Origin: an uncultured Planctomycetaceae bacterium
GTDB lineage: Bacteria; Planctomycetota; Planctomycetia; Isosphaerales; Isosphaeraceae
Assembly: GCA_963833985.1 (NCBI GenBank)
Contig: CAWIAD010000002.1
Location: forward strand, 2,464,001-2,528,000
Direction of reading: 5' to 3'
DNA length: 64,000 bases
Shown: in pieces, positions 61,562 to 64,000 of the stretch
Numbering within the stretch: position 1 is the stretch's first letter
Layout: each line of letters begins with the position of its first letter
The notes under the pieces: generated by a model
The model's database searches: none
What the model was told of the DNA's origin: nothing
Seen by the model: only the letters and a program-made list of their open reading frames with translations
Made by a program: the position numbers and the translations under genes

Positions 61562-64000
61562 ATGATGAGCGGTCTCTCCCTTGCTGAAAAGCGAAGGCTT
61601 CTCGAGCAGCACCTCCGACGCAAGGCCCCTGGAGTGCCGGTGCACGAGCAGATTGCATCGCAGGCCCGGCGCACTCCGGAGGCTGTCGCGGTTGTATCCG
61701 GATCGGAGCGGCTGACCTATGCGGAGCTGGAGAGCCGGGCGTGCCGGCTGGCCGGGACGCTGCGAACGCTCGGCGCCGGCCCCGAGTCCCTCGTCGGCCT
61801 GGAAGTGGAGCGCTCGGCGGATATGGTGGTCGGGCTGCTTGGCATCTTGAAGACCGGGGCCGCGTATGTCCCGCTGGACCCGGCATATCCCCGCGACCGT
61901 CTCACGTTCATGGCGGAGGACTCCCGCCTGTCGTTGCTGGTCAGCCAGGAGGCGCTCCGTGGCAGCCTGCCGCGGGCTGATCTTGGTGCCGTGACCCTGG
62001 AATCAACTCGAGATGCCTCTCCCTGCGCTGAAGGGGTGCCTGGCGAGCCAGTGAGTGACGCGCCCGATCTCCTCGCTTATGTGATCTACACCTCCGGCTC
62101 GACGGGCAGGCCGAAGGGGGTCTGCGTCACGCACCGTGCTCTGAGCAACTTTCTTGGCTCGATGCGCGCGCTCTTCCCGATGAGCGGAGGCGATACCCTG
62201 CTGGCCGTCACGACCTTGTCGTTCGACATCGCCGGGCTGGAGATCTTCCTTCCGTTAATCCAGGGGGCGCGGGTGGAAGTCGTATCAAGGGAAGACGGCG
62301 GCGACGGCCGCTGGCTCTCCCGGCGGCTCGAGGAGGGCGATCTACGCTTCATGCAGGCCACGCCGTCAACCTGGCGCATGCTCCTGGCGGCGGGCTGGCG
62401 TGGTGCACCCGAGTTGACGCTCCTGTGTGGCGGGGAAGCTCTGCCACGGGACCTTGCCGATGAGCTGCTGTCCCGGGGCAAGGCGCTGTGGAATCTGTAC
62501 GGGCCCACCGAGACGACGATCTGGTCCACCGCCGGGAAAATGGAGCCAGACGCCACGGCGGTCACCATCGGGGTACCCATCGAATCAACCCGTCTCTACG
62601 TGCTCGACGCACACCTTCAGCTCGTCCCCCAGGGCGTTCCCGGCGAGCTTTACATCGGCGGCGCGGGCGTCGCGCGCGGCTACCTGAACCGACCGGGTCT
62701 GACCGCCGAGCGATTCCTTCCCGACCCGTTCGACCAGACCCCTGGCGCCCGGATGTATCGCACGGGCGATCGGGTGCGGGCACGTGCGAGCGGCCAGCTT
62801 GAATGCCTGGGCCGGATCGACCAGCAGGTGAAGATCCGCGGCCATCGCATCGAGCTGGAAGAAATCGAGATCGCATTGCGCAGGCACGCCAGGGTCCGCG
62901 AGGCGGTGGTCGCCGCGCGCCCCGCTCAGGACGGGTCGCTCCAGCTCGCTGCCTACATCGTGTCCCGGGAAGGTGGCAAACCGGCGGTGGCCGAGCTTCG
63001 CGGCCTGCTGCTGGAGCTGCTGCCGGACTACATGGTTCCCTCGAGCTTCACCTTGCTGAGCGCCTTGCCGCTGACGCCCAGCGGCAAGATCGACCGCCGG
63101 GCCTTGCCTGACCCGGTCGAGCTGCCTTCCGTATTCGCTCCACCGCGCGGGCCGGTCGAGGAAGGGATCGCTCAGGTCTGGAGCGAATGCCTTGGCCGTG
63201 CCGGCGTCGGCGTCCAGGACAACTTCTTCGACGTCGGCGGACACTCCCTGCTGGCCACGCAGATCCTCACCCGGGTTCGCGAGCTCTTCGACGTCGAGTT
63301 ATCGTTGCGGGAATTCCTCGACCGGCCGACGGTCGCCGGGCTGGCCCAGCGCGTGGAAGAGCAGATGAGCCAGGGCGCCAGGGCGCAGGTTCCGCCCATC
63401 GTGGCCGTCCCGCGAGACGGGCCGGCGCCGCTCTCGTTCGCACAGCAACGGCTCTGGTTCCTGGATCAGCTCGAGCCGGCAAGCCCCGTTTACAACATGC
63501 CGGTGTGCGTGCGGCTTGAGGGTGAGCTTGACCGGACTGCCCTGGCTCGCTCGTTCAACGAGATCGTCCGGCGGCACGAGGTCCTGCGCGCGTCGTTCAC
63601 CGCGGTGCACGGCCATCCTTGTCAGCGGTTCGAGCCCTCTCTGGGAGTGGAATTCCCGGTCCTCGACCTGAGAACGCTGCCGGCAGACGAGCGCGAGCCG
63701 GAGGCGCGGCGCCTGTTGCTCGATGAAGCCAGGCGGCCGTTCGATTTGGCTGCCGGCCCGCTTGTCCGCGCGTGCTTGATCCGGCTTCAGGACCAATTGC
63801 ATTTCCTGCTTGTGACGGTGCACCATATCGTCGCGGACGCGTGGTCGCTGGGCGTCATGGTTCGTGAGTCCTCGCTGCTTTACGACGCCTTTCAAAACGG
63901 CGATCCGTCGCCTTTGCCCGAGCTGGCCGTGCAGTACGCCGACTATGCCGCCTGGCAACGGGAACGGCTTGCCGGAGACGATTTGCAGGCACAGCTTGCC
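61562..64000 (+). CDS. Non-ribosomal peptide synthetase (A-T-C...), 3'-truncated by the window edge
   Basis: One reading frame from ATG 61562 carries LTYAELE (A1), LAYVIYTSGSTGRPKGV (A3), NLYGPTE (A5), GELYIGG.GVARGY, YRTGD, GRID.QVKIRG, PCP DNFFDVGGHSLL, and C-domain LSFAQQRLWF and HHIVADAW. Confidence 0.95.
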   Translation, partial: MMSGLSLAEKRRLLEQHLRRKAPGVPVHEQIASQARRTPEAVAVVSGSERLTYAELESRACRLAGTLRTLGAGPESLVGLEVERSADMVVGLLGILKTGAAYVPLDPAYPRDRLTFMAEDSRLSLLVSQEALRGSLPRADLGAVTLESTRDASPCAEGVPGEPVSDAPDLLAYVIYTSGSTGRPKGVCVTHRALSNFLGSMRALFPMSGGDTLLAVTTLSFDIAGLEIFLPLIQGARVEVVSREDGGDGRWLSRRLEEGDLRFMQATPSTWRMLLAAGWRGAPELTLLCGGEALPRDLADELLSRGKALWNLYGPTETTIWSTAGKMEPDATAVTIGVPIESTRLYVLDAHLQLVPQGVPGELYIGGAGVARGYLNRPGLTAERFLPDPFDQTPGARMYRTGDRVRARASGQLECLGRIDQQVKIRGHRIELEEIEIALRRHARVREAVVAARPAQDGSLQLAAYIVSREGGKPAVAELRGLLLELLPDYMVPSSFTLLSALPLTPSGKIDRRALPDPVELPSVFAPPRGPVEEGIAQVWSECLGRAGVGVQDNFFDVGGHSLLATQILTRVRELFDVELSLREFLDRPTVAGLAQRVEEQMSQGARAQVPPIVAVPRDGPAPLSFAQQRLWFLDQLEPASPVYNMPVCVRLEGELDRTALARSFNEIVRRHEVLRASFTAVHGHPCQRFEPSLGVEFPVLDLRTLPADEREPEARRLLLDEARRPFDLAAGPLVRACLIRLQDQLHFLLVTVHHIVADAWSLGVMVRESSLLYDAFQNGDPSPLPELAVQYADYAAWQRERLAGDDLQAQLA

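Overview
High-GC bacterial DNA with a strong Planctomycetota signature, Isosphaeraceae-like by inference: three DUF1501 genes, two DUF1549/DUF1553 genes, a DUF1559 prepilin-like gene, a LEPRxLL-type surface protein, an ECF sigma/Ser-Thr kinase pair and an ISAzo13 transposase. About 40 coding regions can be supported. About 16 carry single-base frameshifts, most likely long-read indel errors. Highlights: (1) a RAYT-like HUH/Y1 nuclease gene (55136-56504) flanked on both sides by outward-pointing arrays built from one shared motif (GAA-N1-2-GTGGGTGGC). The motif is followed by short tails reiterated as near-3'-anchored, variable-length duplications, and the left array abuts a truncated ECF sigma pseudogene. 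(2) A compact polyhydroxyalkanoate-like locus (malic enzyme, phaR, phasin/PhaE-like, class III-like phaC, SDR). (3) An ISAzo13 element with terminal IRs and a TTA target duplication that splits a surface-protein gene. (4) An NRPS gene (A-T-C, Gly-type code) that runs off the window and is absent from the ORF track. All family assignments come from motifs recognised by eye; no database searches were run. No rRNA, tRNA or CRISPR array was found.
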